A DNA stretch of 64,000 bases from Candidatus Heimdallarchaeota archaeon (GCA_018238545.1 JABCTC010000018.1:1-64000), one strand, 5' to 3'; counted from the first letter of the stretch, positions 30,908 through 40,672 are shown. Numbers and translations are program-made. Notes: a model not told the origin generated them from the letters alone.

Positions 30908-33070
30908 TTATTTCTTATTTTTGTGTTTTTCACTAATTTGAAGGAGCATTTTCTTAAGATCCTCTGGGAAATCTTCACCAGTCATTTTCTTCATCCGTTT
31001 CATCATTGCTTTGATATCCTCTGGATTCAAATTTTTTGCTCGTTCTTTTAGATCTTCAATCATTTCTGGAGTTAAGCCTTTGCTAGATTGTTGTTTCATA
31101 GGAGACACACCTTCCTTCTTCATCTTTTTCATTTCTCTCCTTGAAGGTTTCTTGCCTTTCATACTAGGCCCTTGTCCCATGACCATTTTATAAGCAGCAC
31201 CCTTCTTAGTTTGAATATCTTTGTCAAGTGTTTCTATACCTAGATCTTCAGGTCTAATGGTTATGTCATCTAAACCTTGATGAACATAGTAAGTATTGTA
31301 GAGGTCGGCATAGATACCTGCTGCTTTCATTAATTCGTTATGAGTTCCAACTTCCATTAGTTTGCCATGATCGAGAACCATTATTCTATCAGCATCTTTG
31401 ATGGTAGATAATCGGTGAGCTATAACGAATGTTGTTCTTCCTTTGAACAATTCTCTTTGAGCAGCTTGAACTAAAGATTCAGTATAAGCATCCAATCTGC
31501 TTGTGGCTTCATCAAGAACTAATATTCTAGGATCAGAAAGCATTGTTCGAGCAACTGTTATTATCTGTCTTTGTCCAGCAGATAATTTCTTGCCCCCTTC
31601 AACTACTTGAGTATCATAACCTTGAGGTAGAGCGGCAATAAATTCATCAGCGTTAATCCTCTTGCTTATTTTGTAAACATCTTCAACTGTAGCATCAGGT
31701 GCACCGTAGAGAATATTTTCCATTACTGTACCAGTAAATAGGAATGGTTCTTGAGTCACTAAACCAATAGCTTTTCTCAGTGATGATTGTGTAACTGATT
31801 TGATATCTTGTTTGCCTATTTTTATTGAGCCTTCGTTGACATCATAGAAGCGAGTTAGCAGTGAAGAAAACAGTGTGGTCTTTCCTGCACCAGTGTGGCC
31901 AACGACAGCTATCATTTCTCCAGGATTTGCAGTAAAATTGATATTTTTGAGAACATAAATTTCCTTTTCATATGCAAAACTCAAATTGTCTATTGTAATA
32001 TGGTCGTCATCTGTCAGAAGTTCTTTAGCATCTTCTACATCCGCTACAGCTGGTTTTGCTTCAAATATATCTATAATTCTATCCATAGCTCCCAGAGCTG
32101 ATTCCAATTGTGGGAACATCATAGAAAGCATCACCATAGGAAACAGAAAAGCTTGCGATAATTGTATAGCAACATATATGTCTCCTATTCCTATAGAGGA
32201 AGATTGGTTTATCCACCCACTCATGTATATAATTGCGATGAACATTGCATAACTTAGAGCTGTCATAAATGGCATTACGAACATCATTAGAAAGCCAAAT
32301 TTCCTAGAATATTTGTAATGTTGCTGATTTAATTCTCTTAACTCTATTGCAAGTTCCTCTTCTCTATTGAATGCTTTAGCTATAGCTATTCCTTCTAATC
32401 CCTCAGCCATCTTCCCTGAAACAATACCAAAAGCTCTTCTTACACCCAATACAATTTTCCTTGCAAAAAAGCTCAATGTTGCTGCTACTGCAAAAGCTAT
32501 TGGAATAGCTGAAAGTGTAATCAATCCTATTATCCAATTAGTGACCATGAGTATGATGAAAGCAGAGACAATCACTAATATCTGAGAAACTACAGTAGTT
32601 GAGAGACGTAATGCTGTAGCTAGCTCTGTAGTATCTGAGTTTACTCTTGCTGTGATATTTCCTGATTGTTCATTTTTCAAGTAAGCCATATCAGAATAAC
32701 TAAGTTTTTCATAAAGATCAGATCTAACTTCATGAAGCATTTTTGAATTCATCTTAGCTTGTAATCTAGTTGAAATTGAATTAATAACCCATCCAAAAAC
32801 TGTCAAAACTAAGAATGTAGCTGATAGGATAATTACTAGCCTAGTTGTATCAGAAGATACTGCTAAAGTATCTAATCCTGCACCAATGATTAACGGATTA
32901 ATAATGGATATTACTGAATATAGTATAGAAATCAAAGCAACTAGAAGTATCATCCACAGATATTTCTTAATATATACACTTAAACTTCCTACTAAGACTC
33001 TTGTAGACCTCGCACGATCATGTTTATCTACTGCAAATCTCCTAGCACTTCTTCCAGTACCGTGACCCAT
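30908..33070 (-). CDS. Heterodimeric ABC exporter subunit (TMD-NBD) with Met/Lys-rich C-terminal extension
   Basis: GHTGAGKTT, LSAGQ, LDEATS and IAHRLS. About 115 extra C-terminal residues. Confidence 0.92.
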   Translation of the reverse strand: MGHGTGRSARRFAVDKHDRARSTRVLVGSLSVYIKKYLWMILLVALISILYSVISIINPLIIGAGLDTLAVSSDTTRLVIILSATFLVLTVFGWVINSISTRLQAKMNSKMLHEVRSDLYEKLSYSDMAYLKNEQSGNITARVNSDTTELATALRLSTTVVSQILVIVSAFIILMVTNWIIGLITLSAIPIAFAVAATLSFFARKIVLGVRRAFGIVSGKMAEGLEGIAIAKAFNREEELAIELRELNQQHYKYSRKFGFLMMFVMPFMTALSYAMFIAIIYMSGWINQSSSIGIGDIYVAIQLSQAFLFPMVMLSMMFPQLESALGAMDRIIDIFEAKPAVADVEDAKELLTDDDHITIDNLSFAYEKEIYVLKNINFTANPGEMIAVVGHTGAGKTTLFSSLLTRFYDVNEGSIKIGKQDIKSVTQSSLRKAIGLVTQEPFLFTGTVMENILYGAPDATVEDVYKISKRINADEFIAALPQGYDTQVVEGGKKLSAGQRQIITVARTMLSDPRILVLDEATSRLDAYTESLVQAAQRELFKGRTTFVIAHRLSTIKDADRIMVLDHGKLMEVGTHNELMKAAGIYADLYNTYYVHQGLDDITIRPEDLGIETLDKDIQTKKGAAYKMVMGQGPSMKGKKPSRREMKKMKKEGVSPMKQQSSKGLTPEMIEDLKERAKNLNPEDIKAMMKRMKKMTGEDFPEDLKKMLLQISEKHKNKK

Positions 33071-34920
33071 TAGACATTACCTCCTTTGGTAGTATCATTA
33101 CAACCACTCGTCCCTACACCGTCTACCATAGGTAAGTGTTTACACATGAACTGATAATCTGGACACCTTTCAAGGAGTTCTTTATGAGTACCAATATCAA
33201 CTATTTCACCTTTTTTCATCAGGATTATTATATCTGCTGCAACAAGGGTTGTTAATCGTTGGGTAACAACTATACTAGTTCGATCTTTCATCAATTCCTC
33301 AATCGCATATCTTAGACGAAGTTCTGTTTTGATATCAACTGCGCTGGTACTATCATCTAATAATAGTAGTTTTGGATCTGAAAGTAATGCTCGAGCAATT
33401 GCAATTCGTTGCTTTTGTCCTCCTGAGAGTGTTACACCTCTTTCTCCTATGATGGTTTCATACTTCTTTGGGAGAGATTCAATAAATTGTGCAATCTGAG
33501 CTCTTTCTGCAGCTCTCTGTATTTCAACATCTGTTGCGTCAGGTCTTGAGAATGAGATGTTTGCCTTAAGAGTATCCGAGAATAGAAAGATGTCTTGTTC
33601 AACCATGGTCACATTATCTCTTACGTAGCTAGTATGCATATCAGTTATGGTAGCACCATCTATCTCAATTCTTCCTTCTGTAGGATCATATAACCTCAAA
33701 AGTAGTTTTAGAATTGTCGACTTACCTGAACCAGGTCCCCCAATTAAAGCAACTCTCGCACCTGAAGGAATTGTAAATGAAACATTCTTCAGTACATGTT
33801 TTTCAGTTCCTGGATAAACAAAATTTACATCTTTAAAGCTAACTGCTTTTTCCCAATCAGCTTCTTGAGGTTCAACAGGTTGAGTTAAAGGATCGTCAAA
33901 ATTCATTACTTCCCACAATCTCTTGGAATTTTGTATTCCAGCTTGAAGATTTATTAAATGTGCAGGTATCATGAAGTTTTGTCTATTTAGATTCAGCAAT
34001 AAAGTAAGAATTGATATCAATATTGCTACGTCTCCAATAATAATTAGTCCATAAATAAAAGCACCTGCAGTAACTAATATTGTTAGAAGAGCTGGCCAAT
34101 AAAAAGCACTAAAATACCCCTCTCGCTTCATATCTGAAGCATATTTTTCACTTACAAGATCGAATTTTTCAATTTCCTTCTGATGATTGTCAAATGAACG
34201 AACAACATCAATTCCCTTAAACATTTCTTGAGATAGTGAAGATAAATCTCCTAAATCTGTTGCTAGTTTCTGTCTTATTGGTCCAACTCTTGCGGCATAA
34301 AGCCACGCAATAATAAGATAAATTACGAATGTAGATCCTAGTACAACACCAATTATCCAGTTATATTCATAAACTAACCATGTTGTAATTCCAATAGTAA
34401 AGATTGAACCCATTAACATTCGAATGGAAGGATGATATGCCATTCTTATCTGATTAATTTCATTCATTCCCATTGACAGAATAACTCCAGAATCGTTTAC
34501 ATCAAAAAACGCCATAGAATGCTCTTGAATAATTTCGTAAAATTCTTGCCTCATGTCTCGTTGAACTTTGAAAGATGTATCAGCCCAGAGATAGATGTTA
34601 ATGCTTAAACAAACCCAGCTTATAATTACGAACGTAATCATCAACAAAATTGTTTCATTGAAGGCTACTGAAAATATAGGTAAACTCGCTTTGATATTAT
34701 CCCTGATAATACCAATAATATCACCCACAAGAGCTAATGTTTTTGCTGATGTGTAAGTACTGATTAATAGTACTATTGTTGCAATTATGTATTGGATTGG
34801 ATATCTTTTAAATGCTGACCAGAACCATTGGTTCGCAGATTTGTACTTATTTAGTAATTCTTGTTGAATATCAGCATCATAATTGAGTCTGTTAGTTTCT
34901 TTCGATGATTTCACTGCCAC
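33070..34920 (-). CDS. Heterodimeric ABC exporter subunit with degenerate Walker B and switch
   Basis: GGPGSGKST, LSGGQ, LLDDSTS (E->D) and VTQRL (H->Q). AGGAGG precedes the GTG start. Confidence 0.92.
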   Translation of the reverse strand: MAVKSSKETNRLNYDADIQQELLNKYKSANQWFWSAFKRYPIQYIIATIVLLISTYTSAKTLALVGDIIGIIRDNIKASLPIFSVAFNETILLMITFVIISWVCLSINIYLWADTSFKVQRDMRQEFYEIIQEHSMAFFDVNDSGVILSMGMNEINQIRMAYHPSIRMLMGSIFTIGITTWLVYEYNWIIGVVLGSTFVIYLIIAWLYAARVGPIRQKLATDLGDLSSLSQEMFKGIDVVRSFDNHQKEIEKFDLVSEKYASDMKREGYFSAFYWPALLTILVTAGAFIYGLIIIGDVAILISILTLLLNLNRQNFMIPAHLINLQAGIQNSKRLWEVMNFDDPLTQPVEPQEADWEKAVSFKDVNFVYPGTEKHVLKNVSFTIPSGARVALIGGPGSGKSTILKLLLRLYDPTEGRIEIDGATITDMHTSYVRDNVTMVEQDIFLFSDTLKANISFSRPDATDVEIQRAAERAQIAQFIESLPKKYETIIGERGVTLSGGQKQRIAIARALLSDPKLLLLDDSTSAVDIKTELRLRYAIEELMKDRTSIVVTQRLTTLVAADIIILMKKGEIVDIGTHKELLERCPDYQFMCKHLPMVDGVGTSGCNDTTKGGNV

Positions 34921-34979
34921 GTTAATTTTCCTCCTAAGTTTTCTTTCAATTCTTTATAGTTTATACTCTTATTTGCCAT

Positions 34980-35960
34980 TTATTTTAACTCATCCAGTGC
35001 TTTATCTATTAAACGTCGATGCTCTTTTAGCTGTTTCTTAAGAAACTCTATTGTGATGCTTTTTTCATCTTCATTTTCTATTTGATTAAGAAAGTGTTGG
35101 ATAATTTCTGGTTTTTGTAGCAAAAAGCGTGGATTTGGAATTGACAAACCATGTTGTATCATCATTCGGCTAAATGGTCCTTTATGATGTCTTCCTCTTT
35201 TCATCATCAGTTTTTTCCTATTTTCAGAAGGTATTTCGTGTGCCAATTTTCTGAATAGATCCCTAAATGGATTGAGACACTCAAATTTTGTTTTATCTCC
35301 TTCTTCAATAACATTATGCATTTCAATATGAAAAATAAAAGATGATATATCAATTAACGAAAGAATGGATCTATTCAGTGCCTTTGTTCCTAGTTCAGTT
35401 ATCCCATATATTTTCTTTAACCGTCCACCCTTAATATCTTCTTTCAGAAGCTGAATAAGTCCATTTTTTTCTAAAGAATCTATAGCAGGATAAATTCCAC
35501 TTACATTTGACCAGATTGTTGAAGAAACATCTACTTCTTCTCTTGTTTCTTCCAAAGATTTTGTTATTTCTTCTAAATATTTCAAATCAACATCAATATC
35601 TGTAATAGAATCTTTTGTGAATATTCTATTGAAATGTGGGTTAAATTTGAAAATAGGACAATTTTCTAATGATTCTCTAAGTTTTTCCTTTCTATCATCA
35701 TATTCGGAAGTTCCGATATTTGTTTCAGTAGCAAAAGCATGTAATTCATTAGTAATCTGCAGAAGGTTATTAACAAAATCTATACCTTTCCTCTTTTGCA
35801 TAAATAATATATCTGATGCCTTAGATCGAATCTCATAAGCATGATCGCCTTCAGGATGACGAGCTAAATGAAGAAGAATTGCAATTTCACCAAGCCTTCT
35901 TGCAAGTTTCTCTTCAAATTTACTTATAGCATCATTTTTAGTTTTAGTCATTTTTTCCAC
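34980..35960 (-). CDS. PadR-family regulator with ~90-aa insertion inside the wHTH
   Basis: EIAILLHLARHPEGDHAYEI ... SGIYPAIDSLEKNGLI..GRLKKIYGITELG. Confidence 0.75.
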   Translation of the reverse strand: MEKMTKTKNDAISKFEEKLARRLGEIAILLHLARHPEGDHAYEIRSKASDILFMQKRKGIDFVNNLLQITNELHAFATETNIGTSEYDDRKEKLRESLENCPIFKFNPHFNRIFTKDSITDIDVDLKYLEEITKSLEETREEVDVSSTIWSNVSGIYPAIDSLEKNGLIQLLKEDIKGGRLKKIYGITELGTKALNRSILSLIDISSFIFHIEMHNVIEEGDKTKFECLNPFRDLFRKLAHEIPSENRKKLMMKRGRHHKGPFSRMMIQHGLSIPNPRFLLQKPEIIQHFLNQIENEDEKSITIEFLKKQLKEHRRLIDKALDELK

Positions 35961-35997
35961 TTTTTATTATTTTATAAGATATCATAATTACCTAAAT

Positions 35998-36150
35998 GAT
36001 TAGTTCTATCTATTGTGATTGAATAGCTAATTTCTTACTCACAGCTATTTTGCGAGCAGTAAATTATTGTATCATAACGCCTTCTTAGGGGTCATGATGG
36101 GTAGATATCCAGCTTTAACGAATTATTCAATTACATAGACACAATTCATC
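35998..36150 (-). ncRNA. Putative structured leader RNA or sRNA upstream of the padR-ABC operon
   Basis: Long closing stem (36008-36025 with 36124-36140) enclosing hairpins 36071-36098 and 36036-36058. G-U pairs favour the minus strand. Confidence 0.5.
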
Positions 36151-36170
36151 ATATTCAGATTTCTGAATAT
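36151..36170. promoter_or_regulatory. Perfect palindrome, putative PadR operator
   Basis: ATATTCAGA-TT-TCTGAATAT just downstream (minus strand) of a TTTATAAA box at ~36187-36194. Confidence 0.65.
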
Positions 36171-36241
36171 TATAGAATGTGTAATATTTATAAATGTAGC
36201 TATCCATCAAAGCAATAAAAAATGAAAGAAAAGATTGAAGA

Positions 36242-37027
36242 TTAATCTACATCAGGAACGTAAGGTTCTTCACTTCTAATTAATTCAACAATTTCACTAT
36301 ATGCTTGTTTAACATCTACGTCCTCTCCGACTAAGAAGAAATGTAAGGAACCCTCTCCGTCACCAACTCCACCAGAACCTATGTGGAAAATATTTACGTC
36401 AGGATAGAGTATATCAAAAGCTTCCAATTCCGTAAATACTTCCCCAGGTATAGGCATTATTCCAATTGGTAAACCCATACAATATTCTGGATCTACTGTC
36501 TTACTACCCAAAATCTGGGAAAGTTCCCAAACACTGTCATCAATTGTTCTAGAAAGACTGATAGGCACAATAACATCAATACCTCTCGATATAGCATGAG
36601 GCAATATACCACCAATTGTACCTCCTTCAGGATGAGCCATATAAACACCAGCAATCCCATCTGTTCCTAAAGTATTTCCACCTTTGAAGATAATATCTCC
36701 AGGTTCAAATTTTTTAAGTTCGTCTTGAAGGCTTTCAATTTCTCTTTTTACTCCTTTCTCAAGAACAACTTCTTTCAAACGTTTTTCTACTTTCAAACCA
36801 CCATATCTATAGAGATCTTTTTTATCTCCAGTCATTTGACCTGCAACATAATGATTCTTTTCAAATGATTCACCTGTTAGTTCTTCCAGAACGTAAGCTG
36901 TTGTTGACCCTCGAGAAATGAAGATACGCCCATTTTCTTTGGCATGTTGTACCCCTGGGTGTTCCTTTAATCCCTTAGCAATAAGTCTTTTACATTCTGA
37001 ATGAGTTAAAACGATTAATGCACGCAT
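36242..37027 (-). CDS. Conserved hypothetical protein (possible NagB/RpiA/CoA-transferase-like fold)
   Basis: LTHSECKRLIAKG, RGSTTAYV, FKGGN, GGTIG and GSGGVGDGEGS. Recognisable conserved family of unknown function. Confidence 0.55.
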   Translation of the reverse strand: MRALIVLTHSECKRLIAKGLKEHPGVQHAKENGRIFISRGSTTAYVLEELTGESFEKNHYVAGQMTGDKKDLYRYGGLKVEKRLKEVVLEKGVKREIESLQDELKKFEPGDIIFKGGNTLGTDGIAGVYMAHPEGGTIGGILPHAISRGIDVIVPISLSRTIDDSVWELSQILGSKTVDPEYCMGLPIGIMPIPGEVFTELEAFDILYPDVNIFHIGSGGVGDGEGSLHFFLVGEDVDVKQAYSEIVELIRSEEPYVPDVD

Positions 37028-37107
37028 GATTCATTTCAACAATTAGTTAATAAAAACATTTCTTCAGAAGGGACAAGAAATTCAGAGTGAGCCTAATAAA
37101 GAATTTG

Positions 37108-37620
37108 TCACCTGATTTGTCCCCGCATCAATTTTTTATTATATTCTTGGGTCACTAGATAGGCATCTACATGACTCCACATTGCTAGAGCAAAAGCGAG
37201 AATAGGGAATATGATAAATGCAACATACCAATAGTTGAAAATTGATAAGAAAACACCAGTTATTAAAGAATAGTAACCTGCCATGAAAGCCACCCCTCTT
37301 GCCGTTCTTCCAGCATAGATCTGTCCCAATCCTACAATAAGGAGGATATTAAGCAATAATGCTATACCTACACTTTTCTGTGAGTGATAAATTGGTGTTT
37401 GAGGAGCATAAGCAGCAGGTTGAGCAGGGGATACAGGCTGTTGATATGTTTGCCTATGAGTTTGTTGAGGTGGAGGGGGGGTATAAACTTGTCTTTGGGG
37501 AGGAGGGGGCACATTACTTGTAGTAGCTCCACAGTTTTCGCAGAATTTTGTTCCTTTAAGCAACTTTGCTCCACAATCATCACAAAACATTTTTTCACTT
37601 GTCATTTTGCTACTCCTCAT
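37108..37620 (-). CDS. Zinc-ribbon + Pro/Gln-rich linker + TM2-like membrane protein
   Basis: FCDDCGA..FCENCGA, GLGQIYAG and HVDAY. Confidence 0.8.
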   Translation of the reverse strand: MRSSKMTSEKMFCDDCGAKLLKGTKFCENCGATTSNVPPPPQRQVYTPPPPQQTHRQTYQQPVSPAQPAAYAPQTPIYHSQKSVGIALLLNILLIVGLGQIYAGRTARGVAFMAGYYSLITGVFLSIFNYWYVAFIIFPILAFALAMWSHVDAYLVTQEYNKKLMRGQIR

Positions 37621-37730
37621 AGTGAAATATTCAATTAATAAGTTTTATTATGAAATTGTACATGTTAAAAATAGAATCTAAGGTGACATTTTACACATTA
37701 AAAAATTGAAAAGAAAAAAAATAATTAAGT

Positions 37731-38219
37731 TTACCAATCATCATTTGATGTCGGAGGTCTACCGTTTTTCTCTAAGAATAGGTTATACTTTTTCGCAGTC
37801 TTGTAAGCATCGATATGAGCATACAAAGCTATTACAATTGCACTGATTCCTCCAATAACCAAAAGAGCTATTGCAAGACCAAGGTTGTAATAAAAAACAA
37901 GAAGTATAACATAACCCCCAGACATTACAAGACCACTAACAAAACCACCGGCTAATAGTCCAAGACCCTTACCTACTTTCCCTGCATATATATGCCCTAA
38001 ACCCAACATTACGAACCATGACAAAATTAGTGCTAGTATAGGTTCTTTTGGTTTATAGGGTGTTGGGGGAGGAGAATAAGGCTGTGTTCCCGAATATTGA
38101 ATATTTGCTTGTTGAGGTTGAGCTTTAGCAGGTTGAGCAGCCACCCCACTATCTGCACCACAATTAGGACAAAACTTTGTTCCTTCAGGTAAATTCGCAC
38201 CACAATTGTTACAATACAT
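37731..38219 (-). CDS. Zinc-ribbon + Pro/Gln-rich linker + TM2-like membrane protein (tandem paralog)
   Basis: YCNNCGA..FCPNCGA, GLGHIYAG and HIDAY. Confidence 0.8.
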   Translation of the reverse strand: MYCNNCGANLPEGTKFCPNCGADSGVAAQPAKAQPQQANIQYSGTQPYSPPPTPYKPKEPILALILSWFVMLGLGHIYAGKVGKGLGLLAGGFVSGLVMSGGYVILLVFYYNLGLAIALLVIGGISAIVIALYAHIDAYKTAKKYNLFLEKNGRPPTSNDDW

Positions 38220-38390
38220 TTAATCACCATATCTATATTTGTTCTCGTAATTTGTGTTTATGGTATTTAATAAAGTTATTCAAACCAAAAACAAAAAGAA
38301 AAAATTTTCGGTAAACCTTTTTCTTTCATTTTTACAGCATACTTTTAATATGTTATACAGAATATACTATTCTGAGAATATAAAGATGGA

Positions 38391-38852
38391 ATGGATGTGA
38401 ATTTGAACACAAAGTCGAGGCTGAAAAACTTTACTGTACCTTCCAAACCACCGTTGTTACGCTTCACAATAATTGATTTAAGCGGGGTTACAGTTTATCA
38501 CAGGTCATACGTTAGTGAAGTCCTGGATGAAGTATTGTTTTCTGGTTTTAGTGCGGCTATGATTGCGTTTTCAAGAGAATTAGGGACACAACTATATTGT
38601 ATCAAAATGGAAGGAGTTGATTATTATTTCAAAACTAAGGGAGATTTCATCTTTGTTGTAGGTATGTATCCTCGCGTTCGTTCACCTAGTGCTAAACGCT
38701 TTCTTAGATTAATAGATAAAGAAATCAATTGGCAAGAGATTGACAAATATCTCAACAAAGCAATTCATTTTCAAACAGAGGAATTTGAGAAAAGAGTTGA
38801 ACAAACTATCTTAGATTTTCAAATCAGATTCAAACACATAATTAGAGATTAG
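38391..38852 (+). CDS. Longin-like domain protein (Asgard eukaryotic-signature type)
   Basis: FTIIDLSGVTVYHRSY..DEVLFSGFSAAMIAFSRELG..IKMEG..FIFVVG pattern typical of Asgard longin domains. Confidence 0.7.
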   Translation: MDVNLNTKSRLKNFTVPSKPPLLRFTIIDLSGVTVYHRSYVSEVLDEVLFSGFSAAMIAFSRELGTQLYCIKMEGVDYYFKTKGDFIFVVGMYPRVRSPSAKRFLRLIDKEINWQEIDKYLNKAIHFQTEEFEKRVEQTILDFQIRFKHIIRD

Positions 38853-38910
38853 AATAATTCTAAACATTTTTATTTTGTAACAACAAAGTATCTCACTTGA
38901 AGGTGATATA

Positions 38911-40158
38911 GTGTTAATAACAGCGCAAAAACCCTTAGAAATTCAGCCAAGAGACATGACAAACATCCTGAAATTTAAAGAAAAGAAGGAAATAACAGAC
39001 ATCAATGTTCGCAATAAACGTGTTTTAGTCAGAGTTGATTTCAACGTTCCTATGGATGAAGATGGCAACATAACTGATGATCGAAGAATAAGATATACTC
39101 TGCCAACCATATATTATCTTCTAAATGAGAACTGTAAAATTATCCTGATGTCACATTGGGGACGACCAAAAGGAAAAATTGTTCCTTCATTAAAGATGGA
39201 TGCTATTGCAAGAAGATTAAGAGAATTACTTCCACTCTATAGAATCTATAAAGCTGATAGTTGCATAGGAAAGGAAGTAAAAGAACTCTCAAATAAACTC
39301 AATCAACAGCAAATACTGTTATTAGAGAATACTCGGTTTTATCCAGAAGAAGTCAAAAATGGCGATGAACTTTCTCGTAAACTAGCTCTCCATGCTGATG
39401 TCTTCATTAACGATGCTTTTGCAACAGCTCATAGGAAACATGCTAGCAACTGCGGAGTTGCAAAACATATTGAGGAAAAGGGATATGGGTTTCTAATGGC
39501 CAAAGAATTGAAGTTCCTCTCTTCAACTATAGCAGAACCTCAACGCCCTTTGACTGCAATAATAGGTGGAGTCAAGATAGAAGATAAGCTTCCAGCGATT
39601 AAGAATCTTATTGGTTTAGCTGATAATATTCTAATTGGAGGAGGGTTGACTTACACTGTCCTTCTAGCACTGGGTCATGATGTTGGTAAATCAGTCAGAG
39701 ATCTCAACAAAGTAGAGATAATAAAGCAATATCTAGAAGAAGCTAAAAAAGTTGGAACGAAGATATACATACCAAGTGATGTTATCGTAACTGAAGATCT
39801 AAGGAGAATTGTTCCCGTAGAGACAGTCCCAATAAATAATATTCAAAAAAATCAAATTGGAGCGGATATCGGTCCTCAAACTATCCGAGAGTATAAGGAA
39901 GTCTTGGAGAATACTAAGGAAGTTCTTTGGACCGGACCTCTTGGAATATTTGAAACAAAAGAATTTGAGAAAGGAACTAGAGAACTTGCACAATTTCTTG
40001 TTGAGCAAAACATAACTACTTTTGTGGGTGGGGGGGACTCTGCAGCAGCGTTTGAAAAGTTCGATTTCGAGAAGGACATCTCATTCGTTTCTACAGGTGG
40101 AGGAGCGTCTCTCGCTGTAATGAAAGGAGAACTTCTTCCAGCAATAGATTTTCTCTAA
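38911..40158 (+). CDS. pgk: Phosphoglycerate kinase (bacterial-type signature)
   Basis: RVLVRVDFNVP, SHWGRPKG, LLENTRF, DAFATAHR, GGGDS and STGGGASL. Confidence 0.96.
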   Translation: MLITAQKPLEIQPRDMTNILKFKEKKEITDINVRNKRVLVRVDFNVPMDEDGNITDDRRIRYTLPTIYYLLNENCKIILMSHWGRPKGKIVPSLKMDAIARRLRELLPLYRIYKADSCIGKEVKELSNKLNQQQILLLENTRFYPEEVKNGDELSRKLALHADVFINDAFATAHRKHASNCGVAKHIEEKGYGFLMAKELKFLSSTIAEPQRPLTAIIGGVKIEDKLPAIKNLIGLADNILIGGGLTYTVLLALGHDVGKSVRDLNKVEIIKQYLEEAKKVGTKIYIPSDVIVTEDLRRIVPVETVPINNIQKNQIGADIGPQTIREYKEVLENTKEVLWTGPLGIFETKEFEKGTRELAQFLVEQNITTFVGGGDSAAAFEKFDFEKDISFVSTGGGASLAVMKGELLPAIDFL

Positions 40159-40169
40159 TTCTATCTTAT

Positions 40170-40464
40170 TTATGTAACACAATCTGTATCTGTACCGGAT
40201 TCTACTAATGTATCATCAGTATCTGTCCAAGCAAAATGCACATCATTATTTGCATCATGGAATATACTTGGATGCCAAGAATGATCATTGCTAGATACCG
40301 ATATTAAGTTTATAGGGGTCCAAAACCATGAAGAGTAACTATTATCTAAATCAATTTCCGAATTAGTTGTTATCTCGGTTGCACCATTACTGAGATTGAT
40401 ACTCTTAGTGCTGATGAATAACAAACCAATAATTATTACTGTCAGTATTGTTTTTTCCTTTCAA
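40170..40464 (-). pseudogene. Remnant of a beta-propeller surface protein (paralog of 61652-63430): signal peptide plus one blade
   Basis: SSWFWTPINLIS..DVHFAWTD..GTDTD matches SSWWWEPLELIS..DIHIV..GTDLD. It stops after one repeat, with an apparent frameshift in an A6 run of the signal peptide. Confidence 0.7.
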
Positions 40465-40672
40465 AGAAACACCAATAGTAATTCTCCTTATCTTACTCAA
40501 AAGTCTTGCTCAAAAACTTACATTATACTGATTATTACAAAATTAAACCAGATTTATAAGTGCGTATGAAGTGTTTTATATAGAAGTTTTACGAATTCTA
40601 AGCTGTCTACAATGTAAGAATTGGTCTTCTAATTTATATTGTTGTAACAGCACAAAACAAGGCGATTTATCG

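Noticed and set aside
36085-36118. Resemblance to a TPP riboswitch (GCTGGATATCTACCCATC on the minus strand)
   Set aside because: Lacks the CUGAGA core, the 5' GGG strand and the ACCUGAU/AGGGA elements.
37384-38230. PPxY late-domain motifs in the Pro-rich linkers
   Set aside because: Sequences are YTPPPP and PPPTPY, which do not match PPxY exactly.
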